Below are positions 14,111 through 26,644 of a stretch of DNA of 64,000 bases, one piece after another. The first letter of the stretch is position 1, and the number at the start of each line of letters is the position of its first letter. The stretch is from Dipteris shenzhenensis (Eukaryota): the NCBI GenBank assembly GCA_047967505.1, contig CM106538.1; one strand, 5' to 3'. The notes beneath the pieces were generated by a model, which was given only the letters and a program-made list of their open reading frames with translations, ran no database searches and was not told where the DNA came from. The position numbers were made by a program, and so were the translations under genes.

Positions 14111-14360
14111 CTAGATCTCCATCTTAGATCTAGGGCCCGGATTCAAGCGCTTCCTTGCCTTTTCTCCTCCCTAGATCTCCATCTTGGATGAAGGGCCCGG
14201 ATTCAAGTGCCTCCTTTCCTTTTCTCCTCCCTAGATCTCCATATTAGATAAAGGGGCCGGATTCTAGCGCCTCCTTGCCTTATCTCCTCTCTAGATCTCC
14301 CTCTTAGATCAAGGGGCCATATTCTAGTGCCTATCACCATCATCTCCTCCCTTGGATGTA
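14111..14360. repeat. 60-bp minisatellite, about 4 copies
   Basis: CTAGATCTCC begins at 14111, 14171, 14231 and 14291. Confidence 0.9.
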
Positions 14361-14559
14361 GACCTTTATCTATGGCCTTGATTGAAGCACGTTTCTCCTC
14401 TCCCATTGGTACACCTCAAATACCTCACTAATCCCTTGAAATTAGGAAACATTAATTGGGGGCCCTTTGGAGACCCCAATTCTCCCCTAATGCTCTGCAG
14501 CACACTGCCATAAAGCCCCTCCTCCCCTGATCTTGAGATCATGACATATGGGAACTCCT

Positions 14560-15760
14560 CTCTCACTCTTCAAAAGCCCAATTTGAATGCTCTCCAGAAG
14601 CTCACCAGGTTGGTATAGGAGGTGAACGTGAAGGAAGGAAAACTAGTCTGTTAAGGTCAAAAGATTACCATCAATGAAAGCGTGATTGAAAATGCTCTAG
14701 GAATTTTTGGAGGCAATTTGCAAGCACACTTTTTCGAGAAGCAATGGTAGAGAAAGGATATTCTAGATGTATACCCCAATGCTCAGATTAGTAAAGATGG
14801 TGGAGTCAAGATTTTGAGCTTGCCAACAGACCTCCAAGATGTACTAAAGAAGACCATTCACTTCTTTTTTGATACGAGAAAAACCTACAAGTTCTTGTAG
14901 GTTCAAGCAGCAGTAGAGCAACTAAAAGAACGTGATGTATCTTTCTCAAGGGCGATATCCAAGGGCATGTTAACCAACCTAAGGAATTGCATGGATGGCA
15001 AATCCCAATTGTCATCTCAGTCCTCTGGAGTTGCAATGCACCAGATGGCATCTACCCTCAAAGGAAGTTTTGAGCAATACGATAAGAAGATTTCTTAGAA
15101 GGTGACTTTTCTATCTATAAGAGAAAGCCACTGATGCAGCAAAGGCAACACAACTTGAGAAAAGTCTCAAGGAAGGTGCAGAAGTGAAGGAAGAGGAGGC
15201 ACAAGTGAGGGCCTTATAGGCACAAGAGCAAGCTAAGGCCACTACAAAATTGGTCAACATGGAAAGACATAGAAGAGAAGAAGTAGAGAAGCCATAAAGG
15301 AGCTCTGTGATAGGCTCGAAGAAGTAGGACATGGCAAACAAGGAGCTAGAAAAGATGCGAAAGGATCTTGAAGATCAGAGAGCCAAAAAGGAGGGTCTTT
15401 ACAAACGGTGAACATTGAAAAAGACCAAATGATGGAGGAGTTGAAAAGGGAGAATGCAGAAACCAAAAAGGTGATGCAGGAACTGTGAGAGAGCTTCAAG
15501 GCCAGGAAGGATGGGGCAAAGAGCATCCGGGGTGGAGAAGACAACAAGGTAGCTCCCTAGGCCAGGAAGGATGCACAGAGCAACCACCACGATGGAGCAA
15601 GTTCCAGCCACCATGGTGGAGCAATTTGCAACAGCCACAGTGAGGGTTGTTTTTTCGAAACACTATTGGAAGTCCAAAGAGTAGGCTACAAGACCTTGCA
15701 AGAAGATCATGAGATGTGTGCACGAGCTTGTCATGGCTTTCGATAGTTATGAAAAGCAGC
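14560..15760 (+). pseudogene. Degenerate E/K-rich coiled-coil ORF, probably a retrotransposon accessory ORF
   Basis: Purine-rich, stop-riddled coiled-coil coding pattern; its 3' part (GTGCACGAGCTTG..) resembles 2530-2570. Confidence 0.35.
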
Positions 15761-17555
15761 ACAGTGCATAAGTGCCAAAAAATTGTACATTGGTATGCTT
15801 ATATAATAGGTATATATTATCAATGGTTATGAAACTTTGAGAAGACATTTCAAAACTAGAGCAATGTAGCATAATTGAGCTAATACTATAATGTCCTAAA
15901 GATTGATAAGTTAATCTGTACTAGTGGTGGAAATTGTTTCCAAGGATATGATATGCTCCATGTCAATGAAAGCATCATTGATGGATGTGGAAATGAAATC
16001 ACCTAAGTAGATAGATGCATTTAGGCATGTATCTCAACATGCTTCTAGAGAGCCTCATACTAAGGACTTACCATTATAGATCTACATGGTCACTGATGAA
16101 CTCTTGCTGAGTATCTATATTATCTAATGTGGCTCTAGATGGAGTCATATCGAGGTCATATCCATGCATGAACCTAATGGCTATACGTCACAAAACTTAG
16201 GTTGTGCTGATCTAGATGGAAGGGCCTAATGCTATGGGCTTACCTACAAATATGTATGATTAGAAACTAGAGGTTCATCCATAGTAGCATGTGGTACATC
16301 TATGTCTAATCCCTCTAGGCCAATGAGGTGAAATCAGGATTATACACCCATACATTCCCTTTGGAAACAAACATCAAAGTAGATTCTCTTTCCACTCACA
16401 GATGCATCATAGTCAATGATTGGTGTATCATTAGAATGATTTGATTAAGAATAGCTATTTGGTGCTCTATGCTAGAGGCTTACTTGTGCATCATCGAGAC
16501 TATCTACCATGAGAACCCTATGTATGTGGTTTGCCACTATGGGGCTCATGCAATAATTTGATACTCCCTCTCAAAGCAATGTGTTTTGTGGGCATGATCT
16601 AGCCATGTGTATGTGAGATTAATAATTAGGAACTTTGCAAAACAAGTCATGGTGGAAAATTATGTGCGACAAAGATTAGGCAACATGCTATAATAAAATG
16701 ATGACAAATGTGTGTTGGGAATAGTGAAGAGGCTATACAAGGATGATTTATGTGCACTAAAAACAATGCCACAAAACAATCAACCAAATGTGACTTTATA
16801 GGTGTGGCATGTGTGTGCAAGATGTGCAATTGTCCTAAATCCAAGAGAGAGATAACTCTGCCAAGTGTCACCTTCTCCAATGTGATGAATTGCCCAATGC
16901 CAAGAATACTAAACTAGTGTCAAATATGTGACTGTGTAAATCCATGGTAGTTATGAGGGGATTGATGCTGGTAGGAACTAATCAAGTGATTTAGACAATG
17001 GCTCAATTGGATTGATAGAGTTCAATCTCCTCTATAGCTATGATAGTCTATAATTAGACTACATGTTGATCATACAAATGTAATAAAATAAGTTACTTGT
17101 TCATTTCAAGTGATGATATGAAGATTTAGGGAAGATGCTCCAATATGTGGTTCTAATGATGAGGATTAAATGGTTCTAAACTGTAGAAAAACTAGTGATG
17201 CACTCGAGGTCATGATTTACCATTTTTGCTTCTTAACTATTGCAAGCTTCCTTCATGATATAAAAATTATGGCCATTTGAATTTTGTGCCAGCATTGTGT
17301 AATTAATGAGGTACCATGTTGATGTGTCATATGACATGGCACTTGATGATGTGGTTGATGAAATGGTAGTTGATCTGTTTGATTACTGGCTAGGCATAGG
17401 TGATGAGGTTAGAAATGTGTTCATTGCCTAGCCATTGATGGTGTGGTTGTGCGACGCGTTGAGATAATGGGGTAGGATAATGTTAGCTAATCAACCACAT
17501 AGTAAGTATGCCACATGACACTTGCTTAACCATGTACTTAACCCTAGTAGCTATT

Positions 17556-18306
17556 TGTAAGAAAACAATACAACGTCTGTGCTCAACAGATAATAGGATC
17601 TCATATGCAAGAGAGAAAAGTTGATAGTATGGAGAATCAAAAATTTGATTACTGTAAAACTGATACAATAGATGGCGCTGCCTCCCAGGCGTGTGCTCCT
17701 GTGTAAGAAGCTTCGATGGCGTGCTGGAAACAGTAGAGGATGGAGGCTAGATGCTAAGGAATTAGGGTTGTTGTAGCCAGTGATGATAATGGGCTTCATG
17801 GGCTTGCTCTTATATAGCCACCACTCGTAATCGGTTAGACCCAATTGGGTGACTGACCTAGTCTACCCAAAACGGACCTAGTTCGCCCAAAACGTCCAAC
17901 TGAAGGTCGGTCCCGAAATAGGCCACCGACCACACAATAGAATCGTGGCGCAAAATAGAGCAACTAACCTACAGTCCCCGTTCGGCCCAGAGCCATTCGA
18001 GATCATCTGGGGCTCCAAACGGGCCCCACAACCCAAGAGTGGGCTGCCCCAGAAAATGCTCCATCTACCCTCAGTGCGGTCAGTCATGGGATGTCTTCCC
18101 ACACTTGCATGTAGCCTAGTTGGCAGTGTGCCAACTCTATCTGAAGCCGTCCAACCATCAGGCCACACATGGCCCCCATCTGCTATCCAAACCAGGGCCT
18201 ACCGGATAACCGAGCTACTCAAATGCATTCTCCTCATGGGGGGCTTACAAGTAGAGTTAGCTGGTTCCCGCATAGTTACACGAGAGTGGAGCATTGATAT
18301 CTAACA
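17556..18306 (-). repeat. 3' LTR (751 bp)
   Basis: Matches 20977-21622, plus an extra block of about 80 bp and a short duplication. Confidence 0.93.
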
Positions 18307-20976
18307 CCCCCCCTCAATGTCCACCCGCAAGTGAACTTACTTTTTTGGCCCAATGCCAAGTCGATGAAGATGCCTCTCCAGCAAGTCTCTTCCAAGAGCC
18401 TTCGTGAAGATGTCCGCAGCATTCTCTGTAGTCGAACAATACACCAAGTCAACCTCTCCATCCATGATGAGCTCGTGTACAAAGTGATATTGAATCTCAA
18501 TGTGTTTTGTGCGAGCATGGAACACAGGGTTCTTTGCAATTGCCATGCAACTTTGATTGTCACATGATAACTGCATAGGCTTGTTCTGCACTGCACCCAT
18601 GTCCCCTAAAATCCTCCTCAACCACACTGCCTCACAAGAAGCAAAACATGCTAATTTTTGTACTCAGCCTCGGTAGAAGAAAGAGCAACTGTGGGTTGCT
18701 TCTTACTGACCCATGACACAGCTCCAGATCCAAGTGAGAAATAGTAACTTGTCCCTGATCTTCTGTTGTCCATGTCTCCTGCCCAATCCGAGTCAGAGAA
18801 TCCGTTCAAGATGTTGCCCTTGGTATAGGTGATGCCATAATCAAGTGTGCCTTTGATGTATTTCAGCACCCACATCCCTGCCCTCCAATGGTTCTCCCGA
18901 GGCTTATTGGAAAGCCTGCTTAGCACACCAATCGCAAAACTGATGTCCGACCACGTGTTGCACAAGTTGCCACAAGCCTTATGTACTTCGCTTCATCCAC
19001 CAATGGTGACGAATCCTCATTTGAGAGATTCTTATCAACCTCCATAGGGGTGCCAACTATCTTGCACTCAGCCATGCCAAATGCCTTCAATATCTCTCCA
19101 GCATACTTCAGCTGTGAGATAAAGATATGTTTTGGCTCTTGCCAAACTTCAATCCCCAAACAGAAACGCATCAGTCTGAGGTCTGTCATTTTAAACTCTC
19201 TTCCTAGCAACTGCCAAAGCTTCTGTCTCCATTTTTCCGCAGAGGTCCGTGTGAACGAGCTCTAGAGGAGCTTTGCCCTACTGGCCTCTTTAGGAAAGGG
19301 CTACCGATGCTGCTTGCCCATCATGCAAGCTTCACATACATCGGGCAGATCTATAATTTCTGGTAGGTCTGCAATCATTCCACTTTTATGCATCTCCTTT
19401 AAAGAACTAAGGTTTAGATGACCAAACCTCTCATGCCACAGCTTACTGTTGCTCACATCGGCTCGAGCACTGAATGCTGAGAGTTCGTAAATGTTGTTGC
19501 GCCGTGTACCTTTACCAAGGACCTTCCCTTGAAGATCCAAAATCTGTGCACCATTCTTATCGAAGTGAACTTTGAGGTCCCAATCCGTGATCACAGAAAC
19601 GGACAACAAGTTCCTCTTGATATCTGGCACATACAGAACATCGGACAACTGTTTTACAACTCCATCTGATTTGAGAGCAATCGTACCTTTTTCTTTTGCT
19701 GGACATTTTGCATCATTGCTGACTGCTACCAGGATGTCATTCCCTACCGGATGTAGAGAGGTATACCAATCCTTACGACTGGTCATGTGGCGCGATGCAC
19801 CACTATCAATAATCCATAGTTCTTCCGTAGGTACATGAACTGCCTCCATGCAAATCTCCTCAATTGCTACGAACAGCTCTACTGGTACTGCCTATGTGCT
19901 ATTGCTGGACTCTTTCTTTACTCTGTTCTTCTCATCTACAATCTTCTTTCGGCACTCATTTTGCTTGTGCCCTGCCTTGTTGTAATAGAAGCACTTGATC
20001 TTCTTCTTTCTCTTTTTATCATTAGAAGAAGATGGGTTACCAGCAAGAGGGAGCATAAACGGCCGCTGATGTTTTCCTCATCCAACTCAACTTAGCATGA
20101 GAGAGCACTATCCTCCATATAGTAGTGGCTGGCCGCTAGGCACCGTGGCGGCTCCTACGCCCAAAAAACGTTCCAAACACTCACGGTAGGTCAACCCTAA
20201 CGTGAGTCCTTACCCTTACCTTTCTTTGATCCAGTCGAGAAAGCCGAATCTTCTCCAGTCCTCATCTTTTGACGCATCCCTCCTCCAAAAGCATTGTGCT
20301 GAAATCCTCAAAGTTGAGGGGCAAATTTCTATTCTGCATATTCAGCGCCGTAACAAGACCATCATACTTTGGTGGGAGAATATGTATGCACCTTCGTGCT
20401 AGATTCTCGCTGGTGATGGTGATGCCAATCGCAGTCATCTGATCGCACAGATTCTTCACCCTAGTGATGAACTTCTCTGTCATTTCAGACTCAGACAGTT
20501 TCTCATTTGCGAGTTGAGTCTCCAGATTCTGAATCCATGTCTGATTCATGGTCTCATACTAATTTTTCAAGACTGTCCATGCCTCCTCCACTGTGGTGAC
20601 ATGTTGAATTAACACCATGACAGAGTCACTTACATTGCAAACAATATAACACAGCGCATCTGCATTTCTTCTTGTCCACACGAGAATCTCATCTGCAGTT
20701 GGTACTATCTGTTGTCCTGCATTGCCTAGATCCGGCCTCGCAACCGGCTTCACGTCCACCCCAGTAGCAGTATCCCAAAGCTCATATGCACTTAGGATGG
20801 TCTTCATCTTGAACTTCTAGAGTGGATAGTTAGTGCCGTCCAACTTTTTGCTTTCGCTGAACGGTGGGATTCACAGTCTTGCGAGTTGGGCCATCTCTCA
20901 GGCCATCTCTCACAATTTGGTTGTAAAGAGAAACACACTACCAAATCTTCTTGCTAGAGCCCAAGCTCTGATACCA

Positions 20977-21622
20977 TGTAAGAAAACAATACAACATCTG
21001 TGCTCAACAGATCACAGGATCTTGTATGCAAGAGAGAAAAGCTGATAGTATGGAGAATCAAAAATTTGATTAATGTAAAACTGATACAATAGATGGCGCT
21101 GCCTAGGGTGGTTGTAGCCAGTGATGATAATGGGCTTCATGGGCTTGCTCTTATATAGCCACCACTTGTAGTCGTTAGACCCAATTGGGTGACCGACCCA
21201 ATCCGCCCAAAACGGCCGACTGGAGGTCATTCCCGAAATAGGCCACTGACCACACGATAGAATCATGGTGCAAAATAGAGCAACTAACCTACAGTCCCCG
21301 TTCGGCCCATCCGGGATCATCTCGGGCTCCAAACAGGCCCCGCAACCCGAGAGTGGGCTGCCTCGAGAAATGCTCCGTCTACCCTCAGTGCGGTCAGTCA
21401 TGGGATGTCTTCCCGCACTTGCATGTAGCCTAGTTGGCAGTGTGCCAACTCTATCTGAAGCCGTCCAGCCATCAGGCCACACATGGCTCCCATCTGGTGT
21501 CCAAACTAGGGCCTACCGAATAACCGAGCTACTCAAATGCCTTCTCCTCATATGGGGGGCTTACAAGTAGAGTTAGCTGGTTCCCGTGTAGTTACATGAG
21601 AGTGGAGCATTGATATCTAACA
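20977..21622 (-). repeat. 5' LTR (646 bp)
   Basis: Adjacent to PBS GCTCTGATACCA; followed by TSD CTATT. Confidence 0.93.
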
Positions 21623-22828
21623 CTATTAACCCCATCTACCACATGGTGGGTTAATTAAGAGACTTTGAGAAGAAACTATGGAAAATGAAGGTGCAATGGA
21701 GTTGACAATGACTTCTTATGAGATGAGAAGAAATGGAGACAATGGCAGCGTGGTGAAGAGGTCAGTGGTGAAGATGAGGGTTATTGTTGGGTTGCCTTAA
21801 TATATATATAGTCATCCAATTCATTGAGAGAATATCGTTGGCATTAATTTTTGATCCATCATATAAATCATGCCTATGTAGAGTAATCGTTGTTGGGATA
21901 GTTGGCTTGCTATTCAATGCTAGTCCTGGAAGCTTTAGTCTATGTGGTAGTCCTATAGATGGTCATTGCTATAACTCATAGGTGTTGCATTTATTTGTTG
22001 GAGACTTGCTAGAATGTCTACTTTCTTTTGTTCCATTGTGTTATTGATATGCTATGGTTTTCCATCGCCTAAGTGTGCTTGTCTTAAAACTTAGTTGTTG
22101 TAGAATAGTTGTAGGAGTCCATTCATTGGTGCTTCCTTCTTTGATTCTACTTTCTTTGTTGTTTGCTAGCATGTAAGTGGATGTAAATAGTAGACACTTG
22201 TAGGTTGTTGTTTTTTTTATTTGTGTTGTCCTTGTTGTACCATTTGTTGCCTTTTGCCGTTGTGGCTATCTAGCTGTCCTTCTTTCTCGTGTGCTATTGT
22301 GGTCTTCCAGGTTGTGGATTCAATGAATCTTGCTTATTTCTTTGATTGTGTGCTACAAGACATTTTTCCTTGACTGTGGTTGTTGTTGAAGCCAATTGAG
22401 CAGTGTTTGTTTGCATAGCTTTTCTCAAGCGTCATGCATGCATTCTGCCTATTTCAATAGTCATCGATGTAGTAGACTATGTTCTCTATCTTGATGCTTA
22501 AAGTCTCAAGAGAGCAAAGATGAAATGGAAAAGAACAAGGGAGGTCCATTATTGACCTGAACAACCAGAAAGGAACCAAAAAGGCCTTAAAACACTCAGA
22601 AAAGTTGATGATAATGAACCTTTAAAAAACCTCTACACCTTAAAGCTTACAAAACTCATAAGTCATTCAAAAAGCATCATAAAAGTAAGTGATAGCACTC
22701 AAATTAGGATAACTTGAGCTCCATAAAGTGGATTGTAGAGCTTCCTAAACTACATTGACTAAAGCAAGGACTTATGCCTTAACAAGAGTAAGGGCTTGCA
22801 CTCTTTGAAAATGGATCGAGCATGAGTG

Positions 22829-23027
22829 GCTCTGATACCATGTTGGAAAATTGGGGGAGAGCTAGAGTGCACAAGATAGATAATTGTACACTCTGCACTA
22901 AGCACTATGCACTATACACTATGTTGTATTGAATATAAACATGAATATATATACATGAACTCCTTAGGGTTAGGGTTATTTTTAGGGTTTCTCCCTATTC
23001 CCTTATGGTATAACACCATCCTCAACA
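22829..23027 (-). mobile_element. PBS (tRNA-iMet) plus short 5' LTR (22841-23027) of an old element extending leftward; host of the 17.5-21.6 kb copia
   Basis: GCTCTGATACCA followed by TGTTGG...CTCAACA; abuts a gypsy pol remnant. Partner LTR not found. Confidence 0.6.
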
Positions 23028-23850
23028 TTAGATTTGCAATTTTGAACCATGTTTGGCACTTCAAAACATAATCTTGGATGTCCTTTTTTACTCTAGGCCA
23101 AAAGTATTGTCTTTTTGTAAGTGCAAACATCTTTTAAATTTGTGGTTATCCTATACGACTATCATGATACTCAAAAATAATTTGATGCACATAACTATAC
23201 GAGACATACTCTACCGTTGTAAAGTCCCTGTAAAGTAGGTAGACATTTTACATATTATATTTTTTCCACATGAATACTTTATCAACCTATGGTATATCAC
23301 CATTACCATGTGACTCCTCAATGAAAGCTCCTTAACTTTTTAATTCCTCTCAATACTTGATTTCCATATTTCAAAAAGTGATGATCGTACTCACATTTTC
23401 ATTTTAGGGACTCTAGGAAATCATTTTGGAATTAGTAAATCCTGATTCATTAACCATTTTTATTTGTATCAGGGAATCCGCTACTACCACATTGATTTCC
23501 CCTTCTGATATGTCAATTGTCTTGCATTGATTCAATCCCTCTAGCCTTTTCTTCTTTTAAGATCTGGCTGATTCAAAATGCATTTGATACTTTCTTGATC
23601 AAATATGACCTCAAGTTTAGCATGATATAAATAGTGCCTCTATTTCTTTAATATAGAAACTATAGCATACAAGTCCTTCTCATCGCTAAGTAATTCTATT
23701 GAGTGTAGTCTAACTTCTTACTTTTAAAAGCTACAACTCAACCTCTTTGTAGAAGTATCACTCCAATAAACAAATCATTAGCATTTGCTTCAACTATCAA
23801 TTTATTGGGATCTAAGAAACTCCAAACACAAAGGTATGTACTTTAAAAAA
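23028..23850 (-). pseudogene. Ty3/gypsy pol remnant (RNase H and integrase zinc-binding region)
   Basis: YFWPRVKKDIQDYVLKCQT, plus degenerate VEANAND.FIGVILLQ...VVAFKSKKL on the minus strand. Confidence 0.75.
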
Positions 23851-24179
23851 AGAGAAGTAATAGAAAGCTAAGCAAGAAAATATATGCTTTAAATGTTTGG
23901 ACAAAGAGAATTTTGCTTGGAACTATCCAAAATATCAAAACATGGGAGCTAAAGCACCAAGTAAACCTCAAATATAATAATCATATGTGGTGCAATTATT
24001 ACCGCTTCAAGTACATAGAAGTAGATGTTTACCATGACACCCATATGTGTTACTTATCAAGTACTTTTCATTTGCAATGTGGCAAAACTTTTTGGTCCTC
24101 ATGATCTAAAGAAAGAATAATGGTCAATGATTGTGCCACACATAATTTTTAAACTAATTTTAAAATACAAAACTAAACT

Positions 24180-26640
24180 TGGCTGACAGCAGTCCAAGTG
24201 CTCATAAAAATGTAGTCTCTCTTGCAAAGGGCAGTGGAAAAAGTTTGGGACACCAGAATACATGGTGTAGAGGTGGACATTCAAGGCTTGGAGGATGCTT
24301 AATCATGCATCTCAACAAAATAGATGTGTGCTTGGTCGACATGCTCTATACTCTCGGGCATAGCTTGCACCAAAGTTATTTAAATAATTCTATTATAATA
24401 AAAAATCATGGTAGTGTCTTCCAAGTTTAAAGAAAATATGATGCAGCTAATTATCCACTTCTTTAAAAATCATGGTAGTGTCTTCCATATTTAAATAAAA
24501 CATGACGTACATAATTGTCAACTTATTTGATCGATGGAATTGGAATGATGCACACCACCAAGAATGCAAGGTATATACTTTGAGATCTAGTTTTGTTGAT
24601 AATTTAATACTCCACTTCAAAATAGTAAACTTTCACTTCTGGTGTTGAAAAGCATTTGATAGTTGAATTTGAGGGCACTTTTCTTTCTAACTATGGATGG
24701 TTTACCCCCTGATGGAGAAGGAGATCATAAAATAGCATATTTGCCCCAATTTGTAAACCACCATATAGATTTAGTAAAAGGAGGACCATGAGGTAGAAAG
24801 ATAGCTAGCTAAATTTCTTAGAAAGGGTTAAATTCAACTAACTAGTCCACCTTGGTCTTCACCAATTTTATTGGTGAAGAGAAAGGATGGCACTATATAT
24901 GGTTATGCATGAATTGTGAAGCTTTAACTAAAATCACACTAAGAAATGAATGTACTATGTCTTGCATTGATGATATCTTTGTTCAAATGTAAGAGGCTAA
25001 ATATTTTACCAAACTTGATTCATGACACACCAAGTAGAAATTCAAGAAGAAGATGTACCCAAAACATCTTGTCGCTCCGGCAGCTCCTCCAACAGCCCAA
25101 GACACCATCAATGACCTCTCTACAAAGGCCTCACAATCTCTTACAAAGCAGGCTACTCCGCTAGACTCCACAATCGGCTAAACGACCGACTATCAGCCTG
25201 GGGACTGCAACTCAGCTTACCTTTAGCATCTCCAACTGTGCCTCTACACAATGACCTATAGCGTGGCTTCATACGACGCCAGCCATTGCACCTCCTACAT
25301 GGACAAACTAGCACCGAGGTGTAACATCAAGTACCTCCATGCTCATAGGCTCCAGCGCCTCCATCAAGTGTGGCTTCTCTAGTCAGAAGCAACTCTTGAC
25401 GATGGCTAGCTCCAAGGATCTCCAACCGGTACCCACGACCAATCAGAAAAGCATGCTTCAATAGTAGCAAACATGCCATTAATCACCAGCCGACCTCACT
25501 GAGCGACAAGAAACAGCAACTACTCTAGGACCAGCAAGCAGAACCTCAACATTCCAATAACTCGGATTGTGCAATGGGACGATGGCCTCAATGGCTATGC
25601 ACGACTAGTGTCTCCAACAAAGCTCATAGCCAATCTCTCTAGCTCCAACACAAAGCCCAAAAGCAGCTCTAACTTCTATAGCCAGTCAGCCACGCTCCAA
25701 ATGACTAGCCGCGATGTTGCAGATCCATGAGCGACCACCCACACCTCAACGGAGACTAGACGGAATCCTAACGATTCCATTACATTTGTTGTAACATCCA
25801 AAGAATATTTTGGAGCTAAGATTCTGTCTATTAACATGTGGCACATGGAGGATAAGATCTACAGTTGACAAGGTTGTGCAATGGATAAGGCCACGTGGCA
25901 CTCATCTAACCATAGCAAGGCTGAGGACCACCTAAGGGCTAATTTTTTGACACATGGCAAACATGCCCTGTAAGCTGCCACATCAGCACGTCCACATCAA
26001 CATCCACATCTACATTGACCAAGTCAAGGTGCCACATCAGCCACAGTCAAGGTCAAGCTACTACTTGTAAGTTACAAAAGTAAAGCTGCTTGACAACCCA
26101 AGTGCCCACAAATATGTAGTCTCTTTGGCAAAGGACAGTGGCAAAATTTTGGAACGCCACAATACAAGGTATAGAGGTGGAGATTCAAGGCTCTGAGGAT
26201 GCTTTGAATTTTTAAATCATGCATCAAAATGAAATAAATGTTGTGCTTGGACAAGAATGGCTCTAGTCTCAATCACCAAAGTTATTTAAATGATTCTATT
26301 ATATTTAAAAAGCACAATAGTGTCTTCCAAATTTGACAAAAACATGATATACCTAATTGTCCACTTATTTGATCGATGGATCTGGAATTACTTGTACACC
26401 ACCAAGAATGCAAGGTATATACTTCATGATGTATTGTTTGTCGATAATTTAATATCTTTTTCACTTGAAAAGAGTAAACTTTAACTTGATGTGGTTGAAA
26501 AGCATAAAGTTTCTTTTAGTGATTTAATAGTTGAATTTAAGAGTGTCTTTCTATCTAGCTTGCGGTATGGTTTACCCCCCAATAGAGAAGGAGATCCTAA
26601 AATAGAATATCTACCCCTATTTGCAAACCCCTTATAGAGT
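24180..26640. repeat. Two diverged direct repeats of about 550-600 bp (24180-24770 and 26090-26640) around a non-coding LTR-element-like interior
   Basis: Shared blocks ATGTAGTCTCT..GCAAAG.CAGTGG, CACCACCAAGAATGCAAGGTATATACTT and GGTTTACCCCC..GAGAAGGAGATC. Interior 25880-26060 resembles the reverse complement of 38750-38920. Confidence 0.6.
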
Positions 26641-26644
26641 GTGT

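Larger units (their letters stand above)
17556..21622 (-). mobile_element. Ty1/copia element with internal deletion (non-autonomous)
   Basis: LTRs 17556-18306 and 20977-21622 (TG..CA), TSD CTATT, tRNA-iMet PBS 20965-20976, PPT after 18306. Fragments of gag, protease (WIIDSGAS), GAG-pre-integrase and RNase H (SDSDWAG). Sequence jumps from LELVHTDLCGKMETEAL straight to LGREFKMTDL near 19214. Confidence 0.95.

Noticed and set aside
15800-17300. Copia pol remnant on the minus strand
   Set aside because: Only faint motif-like traces; too degenerate to support a call.
17878-21570. Paired ORFs of 96-156 aa at 17878-18304 and 21012-21570
   Set aside because: They lie within the two LTRs; the similarity reflects LTR duplication, not genes.
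22965-22990. Telomere-like TTAGGG/TTTAGGG units
   Set aside because: Only about 3 scattered units inside an LTR; not an interstitial telomere array.
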